From: an uncultured Clostridium sp.
GTDB taxonomy: Bacteria > Bacillota > Clostridia > TANB77 > CAG-508
DNA length: 64,000 bases
Direction of reading: 5' to 3'
NCBI GenBank assembly: GCA_946565805.1
Contig: CAMNWO010000005.1
Coordinates: 4,062-68,061 of the forward strand
A program made the position numbers and the translations under genes. Under the pieces are notes generated by a model. It did not search any database, was not told the origin of the DNA, and worked only from the letters and a program-made list of their open reading frames with translations. Below are positions 55,682-64,000 of the stretch, one piece after another. How positions within the stretch are numbered: position 1 is the first letter of the stretch; each line of letters starts with the position of its first letter.

Positions 55682-55710
55682 TTGCACTTTTTTACTTTTT
55701 TCTATATAAT
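55682..55710 (+). promoter_or_regulatory. candidate promoter of the DUF1064 gene
   Basis: TTGCAC (55682-55687), 17-nt spacer, TATAAT (55705-55710). Confidence 0.5.
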
Positions 55711-55740
55711 AATACAAAATTGGACAAGGAGAATAGGAAA

Positions 55741-56094
55741 ATGGAACATTGGACAGTAGAAGATTATAAAAATTTTACAAATGGAACTAGAAGAACTAGT
55801 AAATATAGAGCTAACAAGGTTTCGATTGATGGGCATACTTTTGATAGTCAAAAAGAAGCAGATTATTATTGTGAATTAAAGTTACGATTGCAAGGCAATG
55901 AAATTAATGGTTTTTGTTTGCAACCAACCTTTATTCTGGCACCCAAGTTAAAATACAAGGCTGACTTTATTGTTTTTCATAAGGATAATTCAACTGAAGT
56001 AATTGATGTAAAAGGTTTTAAAACAAAAGAGTATATTGCTAAGAAAAAAGTTTTTGAGGATAAATTTAATTTAAAAATAACAGAAATCGAATAA
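55741..56094 (+). CDS. DUF1064-like (phage-associated PD-(D/E)xK-type) protein
   Basis: KYRANKVSIDGHTFDSQKEADYY...YKADFIVF...VIDVKG..TKEYIAKKK. AAGGAG SD before ATG 55741. Confidence 0.6.
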   Translation: MEHWTVEDYKNFTNGTRRTSKYRANKVSIDGHTFDSQKEADYYCELKLRLQGNEINGFCLQPTFILAPKLKYKADFIVFHKDNSTEVIDVKGFKTKEYIAKKKVFEDKFNLKITEIE

Positions 56095-56099
56095 AAAAA

Positions 56100-56175
56100 T
56101 TAATGGCTACAGTTGTGCCTGTCCCAACATTATCCATTTGTGGTTAATCTGGAACAGGCACACTTTGGCCATTAA
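56100..56175. repeat. GC-rich palindromic element, family E-like
   Basis: ttaatggc/gccattaa plus gtgcctgtccca (56115-56126) / tggaacaggcac (56150-56161). It overlaps the stop of the acyl-CoA ligase gene. Confidence 0.75.
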
Positions 56176-57902
56176 GCATTTTCTTTTAAAAGATTTTTTA
56201 TTTCTTCCTGTCTTTTTACTTTTTTTGTTGTAGTTTTAATTAATTCTTTGTCTGTTAAAATCATGTTTTTAATATATTTATAAGGTGGAAATGTTTTGTT
56301 AATTTCCTTGATTTTTTGCCAAATGATGTCTTCTAACTCTTGTTGTGTAGCATTTGGATATTTTTCATTTACTACTTCTTTGTCATATACAATTTTCACA
56401 GAAAGTTTTAAATCATTTTTGTCTTTATTGTCTGGCATACCATAAACAATACATTCACTTACTTCATCCATTCGATTAATTAAGGTTTCTAGTTCATCTG
56501 GAAAGACTTTTTTTCCATTTTTTAAGACAATCATATCTTTTTTTCTACCAGATAAGAATAGATATCCTTCTTTATCAAAGTAGGCTAAGTCTCCTGTATA
56601 GAACCATCCATCTTTTAAGACAGCATTAGTTGCTTCTTCATTTTCATAATAACCAAGCATTACATTTGGTCCTTTTACTCTAATTTCTCCAATTCCTTGG
56701 TCATCTTGATTATGTAGTTCTAGTTGTACATTTTCCATAGGAAATCCAATGGAACCATATTTCATCTTTTTAACATTCTCTGCCGCAATTACTGGTGATG
56801 TTTCTGTTAGTCCATATCCTTGTACCACATTGATTCCTAGTTCATTAAATCCTTGTGATACTTTTTTATCAAGTGGTGCTCCTCCTGATATTACAAATCT
56901 TAGGCTTCCCCCTAATTCATTTAAAATTTCTTTAAATAATTTTTTTCTAATATCAATATGTAATTTTAACAAAAGATTGCTTAGCTTTTTAGCAAACGCA
57001 ACTGCTTTTGTTTTTCCTTTTTTTGCTACTCCTTGTTCAATTCTTTTATAAATAGCTTCTACTAATAAAGGAACGCCTACAAATATAGAGACTTTATATT
57101 CTTTTAAATTTTGAGCAATATAGCGAAGTCCATCTGGAAATGCTGTGGTTACTCCAAAAGCAAGCATAACTATCATACAAGTGGAACCAAAGATATGATG
57201 GAATGGTAAAAAGGCTATATTTACATCTTCCTTTCTAATATCTTCTACCAATTGCATGCTATATACGTTAGATGCAATATTATTTTGAGAAAGCATAACA
57301 GCTTTTGATTTAGAAGTTGTGCCAGAAGTAAATAACAATATGTTCATTTTATAGCTGTCAATTTCAGCTTCTACATACTCTTTTTTTCCAGCTTCTAACA
57401 TTTCTTTTCCTTGTTCTTTTAATTCTGGAATTGATACATATCCTTCTTGTTTTGACATACAAATATAGTTTTCAGTCTTAGCGTTTCCTCTGTTTTTAAT
57501 TTCTTCTATATTCTCAATATATTTTTCATCAAATACTACTACATCTGCTTTGCTTCGAATGATGCAACTCTCTAATTCATCTACTTGCAACTCTTTGTCT
57601 AGTGGAATACTAACAATTCCTCCTAATAAGTTTGCTAAATGTGTCATAACCCATTCATAAGAGTTTCTTCCTACAATAGCTACTCTTTTATTTTGATATC
57701 CTAGATCATAAAATTTAGTTCCTAGGGCATTTACTTCTTCTAATAATCTTGTATAACTTATATTTTCATAAGTTACTTCTTTCTTTTCATTTTTGTGTTT
57801 TATTACAAATGCTGTTTTTTCATTGTATTTTTTAACAGCGTCTTTTATTAGTTCCTTTATGTTTTCAAATTCTGTGGCTTCAAAATATTTTTCTCTTTCC
57901 AT
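56172..57902 (-). CDS. AMP-forming long-chain acyl-CoA ligase
   Basis: LLFTSGTTSKSKAVML, QGYGLTETS, YTGDLAYFDKEGYLFLSGRKKDMI. Confidence 0.85.
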   Translation of the reverse strand: MEREKYFEATEFENIKELIKDAVKKYNEKTAFVIKHKNEKKEVTYENISYTRLLEEVNALGTKFYDLGYQNKRVAIVGRNSYEWVMTHLANLLGGIVSIPLDKELQVDELESCIIRSKADVVVFDEKYIENIEEIKNRGNAKTENYICMSKQEGYVSIPELKEQGKEMLEAGKKEYVEAEIDSYKMNILLFTSGTTSKSKAVMLSQNNIASNVYSMQLVEDIRKEDVNIAFLPFHHIFGSTCMIVMLAFGVTTAFPDGLRYIAQNLKEYKVSIFVGVPLLVEAIYKRIEQGVAKKGKTKAVAFAKKLSNLLLKLHIDIRKKLFKEILNELGGSLRFVISGGAPLDKKVSQGFNELGINVVQGYGLTETSPVIAAENVKKMKYGSIGFPMENVQLELHNQDDQGIGEIRVKGPNVMLGYYENEEATNAVLKDGWFYTGDLAYFDKEGYLFLSGRKKDMIVLKNGKKVFPDELETLINRMDEVSECIVYGMPDNKDKNDLKLSVKIVYDKEVVNEKYPNATQQELEDIIWQKIKEINKTFPPYKYIKNMILTDKELIKTTTKKVKRQEEIKNLLKENA

Positions 57903-58018
57903 AATTTTTACCCCTCAATCTAGTATCAATTACTAGATTATCATACATTAAATATCTTGTCAAGTTATTGACTAACTATTCAAAAGGTGCTATCATTAGT
58001 GTTACGAGGTGATATAAT

Positions 58019-58513
58019 ATGGACACTGAAATTGAAAATTTTCATCTTCCTAGATGGAATGAACTTCCTACTGTCGATTTATATATTGACCAGATTGTTT
58101 CTTTATTAGAACAGTATTTGACTGGTTATATTAAAAATGATAATGAAAAAGATGAAAAATTGGTTACCAAAACGATGATTAATAACTATGTAAAACATGG
58201 AGTCATTAAGCCTCCTGTTAACAAAAAATATAGCAAAGAACATACAGCATCTTTGTTTGTTATTTTTATTTTGAAAGAAGTTTATAGTATTAGTGATATT
58301 AAAAAGTTAATTCGTTTAGGACTTACTACTTCTTCCATTGAACAAGCATACAATCGCTTTTGCTCTGAATTGGAGAAGGCAATTCGCATCGTTTTTGCTG
58401 AAAAAAACTACGTAAAAAATAGTAGACTTTCACAAGAACAATATATTTTAAGAAATGTGGTTCAATCTTTTGCGAATAAGTTGTATGTGCAAAAGGTTTA
58501 TTTAAAGAAATGA
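58019..58513 (+). CDS. DUF1836-like protein
   Basis: FHLPRWNELPTVDLYIDQIVSLL matches the N-terminal signature of that family. Confidence 0.55.
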   Translation: MDTEIENFHLPRWNELPTVDLYIDQIVSLLEQYLTGYIKNDNEKDEKLVTKTMINNYVKHGVIKPPVNKKYSKEHTASLFVIFILKEVYSISDIKKLIRLGLTTSSIEQAYNRFCSELEKAIRIVFAEKNYVKNSRLSQEQYILRNVVQSFANKLYVQKVYLKK

Positions 58514-58645
58514 AACAATGAGGGATTGAGACGGTGGGGACAGGTCTTGAATGTCTCATTTTTATTTAGATAAAACAATTCCTACTAAAAATATAAAAAT
58601 GAGACATTCAAGACCTGTCCCCACCGTCTCAATCCCTCATTGTTT
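58513..58645. repeat. GC-rich palindromic element, family A
   Basis: Perfect ~51-nt arms aaacaatgagggattgagacggtggggacaggtcttgaatgtctcattttt (58513-58563) and the reverse complement (58595-58645). It fills the convergent intergenic gap. Confidence 0.9.
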
Positions 58646-59211
58646 TATGTTTCTCCATATCCTTTTTCTATCATAGATGCTTCAATTTCATTCACTCTTT
58701 TCATAATAGAAATCAATAATTTCATTAGTATAACCTTCATATTCTTAACATTTATAGCAATACCCTTTGCTAGACAGGCATCCTTTAATTGGCTATATTC
58801 CCTCTTAAAAATTGGCAACATAGACAGAGAAATGCAAACTAATAGTTCGATATCTTCTGGATTTACTTTTAATAATTTTAAAGGCATACAAAGATTTTTT
58901 ATGGTATTTGCTATTCCTCTTACCGTTGTTGTTTTAGAATAAATATAAGTAATATTACATACTAATATTAATTTAATAGCAATCATAAGAGCGTACTCAT
59001 AATTAGCTAACAGACAATTAATCACTACTGTTAATAAAATAAAAGGCAATAATTTAATCATGTTTTCAATGGCTCTTACTAACTTTACTCGAAAACATAC
59101 CATTGCTAAGATATTTAATAAAAATACTACCAACAATGAAATATAACTATCTACAAAAAAGATAAGTGTAGCATATACTATAAAACTTAAAAAAAGTATA
59201 CTATTTTTCAT
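58645..59211 (-). CDS. ecfT: ECF transporter T component (CbiQ/EcfT-like, short)
   Basis: 5 TM segments; C-terminal LAKGI and IEKGYG sit in place of the Ala-Arg-Gly coupling motifs. Overlaps the ecfA stop. Confidence 0.6.
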   Translation of the reverse strand: MKNSILFLSFIVYATLIFFVDSYISLLVVFLLNILAMVCFRVKLVRAIENMIKLLPFILLTVVINCLLANYEYALMIAIKLILVCNITYIYSKTTTVRGIANTIKNLCMPLKLLKVNPEDIELLVCISLSMLPIFKREYSQLKDACLAKGIAINVKNMKVILMKLLISIMKRVNEIEASMIEKGYGET

Positions 59212-60022
59212 TTTTTATCATTTCCTTTATTTTGGTTACTAGTTCGTCAGTTGTATAATCGTCTATATCTATTTTGATTCCTGCTTGTCTTAACTTTTTT
59301 ATTACTTCTAATATAAGTGGTATTTTTACATCATATTGTTCTAAAATTTCTAGGTTCTCCAATAATTCTTCTTTCTTAATTTCCGCTACTATTTTACCTT
59401 CTTGTAACAAAATAATTCTATCGGCTAACAGCATTTCTTCTGCTACATTTGTTATATAGATAATAGTATAACCTTCCTTTTTTAAGTTTTCTACAATATG
59501 ATATATTTTCTCTTTTCCTTTGCTATCAATCATGGTAGTCGGTTCATCAAATATAATATATTTCGGTTGTTTGGCTAGTACTTCACTGATAACTACTCTT
59601 TGCTTTTGTCCTAAAGATAATTCATATAAGTCTTCTTCTATCTTGTCTTCCATATCCACTATTCGAAGTGAGTCTTTGATACGTTTTTCGATTTCTCTTT
59701 TTTCTAAATCTTTTAAAGCAAATGATACCTCATCTTCAATGTTATTAAATATAATTTGGTTCTCTGGGTTTTGAAATACAATTCCTATTTTGTTTCGTAT
59801 TTCTTCTTTATTTTTCTTTTTTGCAATATCCAAATCATCTATTAAAATAGTTCCCTCTTTTGGTTTAATAATTCCAGAAAGTAACTTGCCTAAAGTAGAC
59901 TTTCCAGAGCCATTTTTCCCCATAATCGCGACCGTTTCTTTGTCTTGTATTTTTAAATTTATATCTTTTAAGATATCTTTTCCTTTTTTATAACGATAAG
60001 TTACATTTTCTATTCTAATCAT
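59201..60022 (-). CDS. ecfA: ECF transporter ATPase
   Basis: GKNGSGKSTL, LSLGQKQRV, IIFDEPTTMID. Confidence 0.88.
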   Translation of the reverse strand: MIRIENVTYRYKKGKDILKDINLKIQDKETVAIMGKNGSGKSTLGKLLSGIIKPKEGTILIDDLDIAKKKNKEEIRNKIGIVFQNPENQIIFNNIEDEVSFALKDLEKREIEKRIKDSLRIVDMEDKIEEDLYELSLGQKQRVVISEVLAKQPKYIIFDEPTTMIDSKGKEKIYHIVENLKKEGYTIIYITNVAEEMLLADRIILLQEGKIVAEIKKEELLENLEILEQYDVKIPLILEVIKKLRQAGIKIDIDDYTTDELVTKIKEMIKNEK

Positions 60023-60024
60023 AT

Positions 60025-60561
60025 CTAATCTTCTTGCTCCCTTAAATAGGTATTAAATGGTTTTCTTAATGCTTTTTCTAAGAAGATAATTACGATAACT
60101 TTAATTGGTATCATAATTACTTCTTTTATGATTCTAGCAGAAATTAACACCATAAAAGCTTTTCCTGTTGTAATACTAATCCATAAAGTGTTTAATCCAA
60201 TATTGGCAATGACTGTAACCAATACAGAAGCTAAAATCACTCTTATGATAAATTGTTTATCAGTATAACTATCTTCCTCTTTTTTATATAATAGTACTCC
60301 ATAAATTGCTCCTGACACAGCTGTTGTAATCGTATAGCCAATAAAGTATGACCCAAATGGAAATAAAGTTGCTCCAATTAAATCAGCAAGTACATTAAGC
60401 AATATCGTCCACTTTGGACCTAACCATATAGCACATAACATGGTTGGTACAAAAGAGAATCCAATGGTTACGATTGGCGTTTTTATCGATAAAAATCTAG
60501 ATAATACAATTGACATAGCAAGCAACAAAGCTGCTAAAATTATTTTCTTATTCTTTGACAT
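60025..60561 (-). CDS. ECF S component (folate-family-like)
   Basis: 178 aa, 6 TM segments; ALLLAMSIVLSRFLSIKTPIVTIGFSFVP resembles FolT-type proteins. Confidence 0.55.
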   Translation of the reverse strand: MSKNKKIILAALLLAMSIVLSRFLSIKTPIVTIGFSFVPTMLCAIWLGPKWTILLNVLADLIGATLFPFGSYFIGYTITTAVSGAIYGVLLYKKEEDSYTDKQFIIRVILASVLVTVIANIGLNTLWISITTGKAFMVLISARIIKEVIMIPIKVIVIIFLEKALRKPFNTYLREQED

Positions 60562-60583
60562 TTTGTTTCTCCTTTTGAGGGGA

Positions 60584-60821
60584 GATTAGGGACGTTTCCT
60601 TTTGCTCCTTTTGGTGCAATTTGGGACACATCTTTTAAGACCTTATGCAATTAGAATATGTTTCTATGTATTATTTTTTATAGAAATAACGAATGCAAAT
60701 GAAACTTTCATGTAGCCAAGTTATGAATATAAAAAATAATACATAAAAACATACAAAGAGCCATTATTAAAAGATGTGTCCCAGATTGCACCAAAAGGAG
60801 CAAAAGGAAACGTCCCCAATC
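60584..60821. repeat. GC-rich nested-palindrome element, family B
   Basis: Arms 60584-60638 and 60767-60821 are near-identical to those at 22373-22560. There is an inner inverted repeat, 60658-60682 / 60728-60752. Confidence 0.85.
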
Positions 60822-60825
60822 CCCC

Positions 60826-63450
60826 TTATTTCATTTTTTCTTTTATTCTTACTAGGGTATTAAGTGCATCAATTGGTGTCAATTCGTTTAAATTAATTTT
60901 GTCTACTTCATGTGCAATTTCAGCTAGTTTATAATTGTATAAATCAAATTGACCTTCCACTTGTTTCTTATCTTGTTTTTCTTGTTTTTTTCCTGTTAAA
61001 ATATTTTTTCTTTCCAAAGTACGTAATATTTCGTCTGCTTTTTTTGTTACGACTTTTGGTACTCCTGCTAGACGAGCTACATGGATACCATAACTTTCGT
61101 CGGTTCCACCTCTTATAATTTTTCTTAAGAAGATAATGTCTTCTCCTTTTTCTTTTACAGCAATGGAATAGTTTTTGATTCCTTCTAATTTATCTTCTAA
61201 TTCGGTTAGTTCATGGTAATGAGTAGCAAATAGTGTTTTGGCTCCACATTTTTCTTTATCACTAATAAATTCCGCTACTGCCCAGGCAATGGATAATCCA
61301 TCATAGGTTGAGGTTCCTCTTCCAATTTCGTCTAATATAACTAAACTATTTGCAGTTGCTTCTTTTAAGATAGTAGCTACTTCCATCATTTCTACCATAA
61401 AAGTACTTTGTCCCATGCTTAAGTCATCTGATGCTCCTACTCTTGTGAAGATTTTGTCTACTACTCCAATTTTAGCAGTTTCTGCTGGTACAAAACTTCC
61501 TACTTGTGCCATTAATGTAATCAAGGCTACTTGCCTCATATAGGTTGATTTACCTGCCATGTTTGGTCCTGTGATAATGGATAATCGATTTTCTTGTTTG
61601 TCTAAATAGGTATCGTTTTCAACAAAGCTTCCAGCCCCTAGTATTTTTTCAATCACAGGATGTCTTCCATTTTTTATGTCGATGGTTCCAGATGAATTGA
61701 CTTCTGGCATACAATAATTCATATCTTCTGCTACTTCTGCAAAAGAGGTTAAAACGTCTAAACTAGACACTACTTCACTGGTTTTTTGTAGTCTTTTTAC
61801 ATTTTTAGCGATTTCATCTCTTATTTGTATAAACGCGTTATATTCTAAGTTTACTACTTTTTCTTCGGCTCCTAAAATTTGATTTTCTAAATTTTTTAGT
61901 TCTTCTGTAATATATCTCTCTGCATTTGTTAAGGTCTGTTTTCTAACAAAGCGGTCTGGTACCTGATTTAAATACGATTTGGTTACTTCAATAAAATAAC
62001 CAAATACTTTATTAAATCCTATTTTTAAGTTTTTAATTCCTGTTTTTTCTCTTTCTTCTAATTCTAGTTGAACTAGCCAATTTTTCCCTTCTGTTTGTGC
62101 TGTTTTTAAGGTATCAATCTCTTCATCGTAGCCTAATTTAATGATGCCTCCATCTTTAATAGTCATTGGTGGATCATCCATAATTGCTCCATCAATCAAT
62201 TGGTAAATATCTTGTAATTCGTCTAAATTTTCTGCTAAGTCTTTTAATAAATCTGTTTTACAATTTGTTAAACATCTTTTTACTTCTGGCAATTTTAATA
62301 AAGAATTTTTCAAAGTCACCATGTCTCTAGCATTAGCATTCCCATATGCCATTTTGCCTGCCAAACGTTCTATATCATACACTTTTTTTAGACTCTCTAC
62401 GATATCGCCTCTTAGCATAATATCATCTTTTAGTTCTTTTACTGCATCTAATCTTCGGTTGATTTCTAACACATCCACAAGTGGATCATTTAACCATCTT
62501 CTTAAAGCTCTTCCTCCCATTGAGGTTGATGTTTTATCTAATACCCATAATAGGGTTCCTTTTTTTGATTTATCTCTTAATTTTTCTGTGATTTCAAGAT
62601 TTCTTCTGGCATTAATATCTAATGCCATATATCTAGATAGTTGATATACTACAATTTTATTAATATGGTCTAGTGTCGTTTTTTGTGTTTGTTCGATATA
62701 TTCTACTAAAGCATGAATGGAACCAACAGCTAATGTTCTCTCTTTAAAATCTTCTATGGTTTTACCATTATTGTCTACAACACTAAATCTTAAGTCTAAA
62801 TTTTCTACTTCTGTAGAAAAGAATTTATCATTAAATTTAGTAACATAGACATTTTCAAATCTTTCTTTTATTTTATTTATTTCTTCGGTGCAATCTGCCA
62901 TCATAGAATTAACCACTAATTCAGATGGTGTGTATCTTGCTATTTCATCTAACAACATCGGAAAGTTATGGTTGTCTTTGATTTCTGCGGAATAGAATTC
63001 TCCTGTTGATATATCACAAACGCTAATACCAAAGTAAATGCCTGATTTAAAAATTGACATGATGTAGTTGTTTTTTCTTTCTTCTAGCATATTACTTTCT
63101 ACTACGGTTCCTGGTGTAACAACACGAATTACGCCTCTTTTTACAATTCCTTTTGCATCTTTTGGATTTTCTAATTGTTCGCAAATGGCGACTTTGTATC
63201 CTTTGTTAACTAATTTAGCAATATACATTTCTGCTGCATGATGTGGCACTCCCGCCATCGGTGCTCTTTCGGCTTGTCCACAGTCTTTTCCTGTTAGGGT
63301 TATTTCTAATTCTCTTGCTACTAAAATAGCATCATCGAAAAACATTTCATAGAAATCTCCTAGTCGATAAAATAGGATACAGTCTTTGTATTCTTCTTTG
63401 GTTTCTAAATATTTTTGCATCATTGGTGAATATTGCGTGTTTTCTGCCAT
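60826..63450 (-). CDS. mutS: DNA mismatch repair protein MutS
   Basis: ITGPNMAGKSTYMRQ, ILDEIGRGTSTYDG; 874 aa. Confidence 0.97.
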   Translation of the reverse strand: MAENTQYSPMMQKYLETKEEYKDCILFYRLGDFYEMFFDDAILVARELEITLTGKDCGQAERAPMAGVPHHAAEMYIAKLVNKGYKVAICEQLENPKDAKGIVKRGVIRVVTPGTVVESNMLEERKNNYIMSIFKSGIYFGISVCDISTGEFYSAEIKDNHNFPMLLDEIARYTPSELVVNSMMADCTEEINKIKERFENVYVTKFNDKFFSTEVENLDLRFSVVDNNGKTIEDFKERTLAVGSIHALVEYIEQTQKTTLDHINKIVVYQLSRYMALDINARRNLEITEKLRDKSKKGTLLWVLDKTSTSMGGRALRRWLNDPLVDVLEINRRLDAVKELKDDIMLRGDIVESLKKVYDIERLAGKMAYGNANARDMVTLKNSLLKLPEVKRCLTNCKTDLLKDLAENLDELQDIYQLIDGAIMDDPPMTIKDGGIIKLGYDEEIDTLKTAQTEGKNWLVQLELEEREKTGIKNLKIGFNKVFGYFIEVTKSYLNQVPDRFVRKQTLTNAERYITEELKNLENQILGAEEKVVNLEYNAFIQIRDEIAKNVKRLQKTSEVVSSLDVLTSFAEVAEDMNYCMPEVNSSGTIDIKNGRHPVIEKILGAGSFVENDTYLDKQENRLSIITGPNMAGKSTYMRQVALITLMAQVGSFVPAETAKIGVVDKIFTRVGASDDLSMGQSTFMVEMMEVATILKEATANSLVILDEIGRGTSTYDGLSIAWAVAEFISDKEKCGAKTLFATHYHELTELEDKLEGIKNYSIAVKEKGEDIIFLRKIIRGGTDESYGIHVARLAGVPKVVTKKADEILRTLERKNILTGKKQEKQDKKQVEGQFDLYNYKLAEIAHEVDKINLNELTPIDALNTLVRIKEKMK

Positions 63451-64000
63451 TTATCTTTCTCCTTTCAAATACCACATATGTTCAGAAATAATTTTTAGTT
63501 CTATTACTTTTCCTATTAATTCTTTGTTTCCTTCAAAAATAACAACTTTATTGCTGTCGGTTCTTCCTGTTAACAAATCTTTATTATTTTTGCTTTCTCC
63601 TTCTACTAAAACTTTTTGTATGCTTCCTACATATTTTTGATTATGTTCTTGAATTTGACTTTCTACTAATGCTTTTAGTTTATCAAATCTTTTATGTTTT
63701 TGCTCTTCTGGAACTTGATTTTCCATTCTATCTCCTGGGGTCCCTACTCTTCTAGAATAAATGAACATATAGACTTGTTCAAATTTCACTTTGCTTACCA
63801 CATCTAAGGTATCTTCAAATTCTTCGTCTGTTTCGCCTGGAAAACCAACAATAATATCTGTAGATAGCGTTAAGTTTGGTATGTTTGCTTTCATTTTTTC
63901 TACTAAAGCTAGATATTGCTCTTTGGTATATTTTCGATTCATTTCTTTTAATACTTTTGTGTTTCCAGATTGTAATGGCAAATGCACTAATTTGCATACT
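63451..64000 (-). CDS. miaB: tRNA methylthiotransferase MiaB, 3' part (5' end outside window)
   Basis: Frame open to the window edge; LHLPLQSGN, IVGFPGETDEEF and a C-terminal TRAM domain. Directly abuts mutS. Confidence 0.8.
   Translation of the reverse strand, partial: VCKLVHLPLQSGNTKVLKEMNRKYTKEQYLALVEKMKANIPNLTLSTDIIVGFPGETDEEFEDTLDVVSKVKFEQVYMFIYSRRVGTPGDRMENQVPEEQKHKRFDKLKALVESQIQEHNQKYVGSIQKVLVEGESKNNKDLLTGRTDSNKVVIFEGNKELIGKVIELKIISEHMWYLKGER

Noticed and set aside
22373-60821. Whether the GC-rich repeats could be a CRISPR array or arrays.
   Set aside because: They are dispersed inverted repeats, not regularly spaced direct repeats with unique spacers, and there are no cas genes in the window.

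Overview
AT-rich (about 30% G+C by eye) Firmicutes/Clostridia-like chromosomal segment, gene-dense and mostly minus-strand. The housekeeping backbone is aspartokinase, prfB (with its programmed +1 frameshift), secA, guaA, murD, upp, a hydCBA [FeFe]-hydrogenase operon, ispH, a pyrC-(arsC/spx-like)-pyrF-pyrK-X-pyrD operon, mgtC, uvrB, an ECF-type transporter, mutS and the 3' part of miaB. The stand-out is a ~10.6-kb island (2492-13142) wedged between secA and prfB. It encodes a TelA-family protein plus a five-gene operon: a PP2C-like phosphatase, a MIDAS-less vWA protein, a 506-aa helical orphan, a canonical TerY-like vWA protein, and a 1546-aa Ser/Thr kinase built from Zn-ribbon + (pseudo)kinase repeats. 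This looks like an expanded TerY-P-like phosphorylation module that I cannot match to a described system. Other notable items: (1) ten GC-rich nested-palindrome intergenic repeats of several families, two of them inside the hyd operon; (2) uvrB and cysE each broken by one extra C in the same C-GGR-GA context; (3) a cargo insertion (GNAT, AlbA_2/HATPase regulator, CYTH-like) between an SOS-like uvrB promoter/5' remnant and uvrB; (4) an epsilon/zeta-type TA pair with an in-frame TGA; (5) an orphan non-canonical tRNA(UUG); (6) a 34-aa micro-ORF with 20 Asn. No rRNA, CRISPR array, integrase or transposase was seen. All domain calls come from motif recognition by eye, not from database searches.
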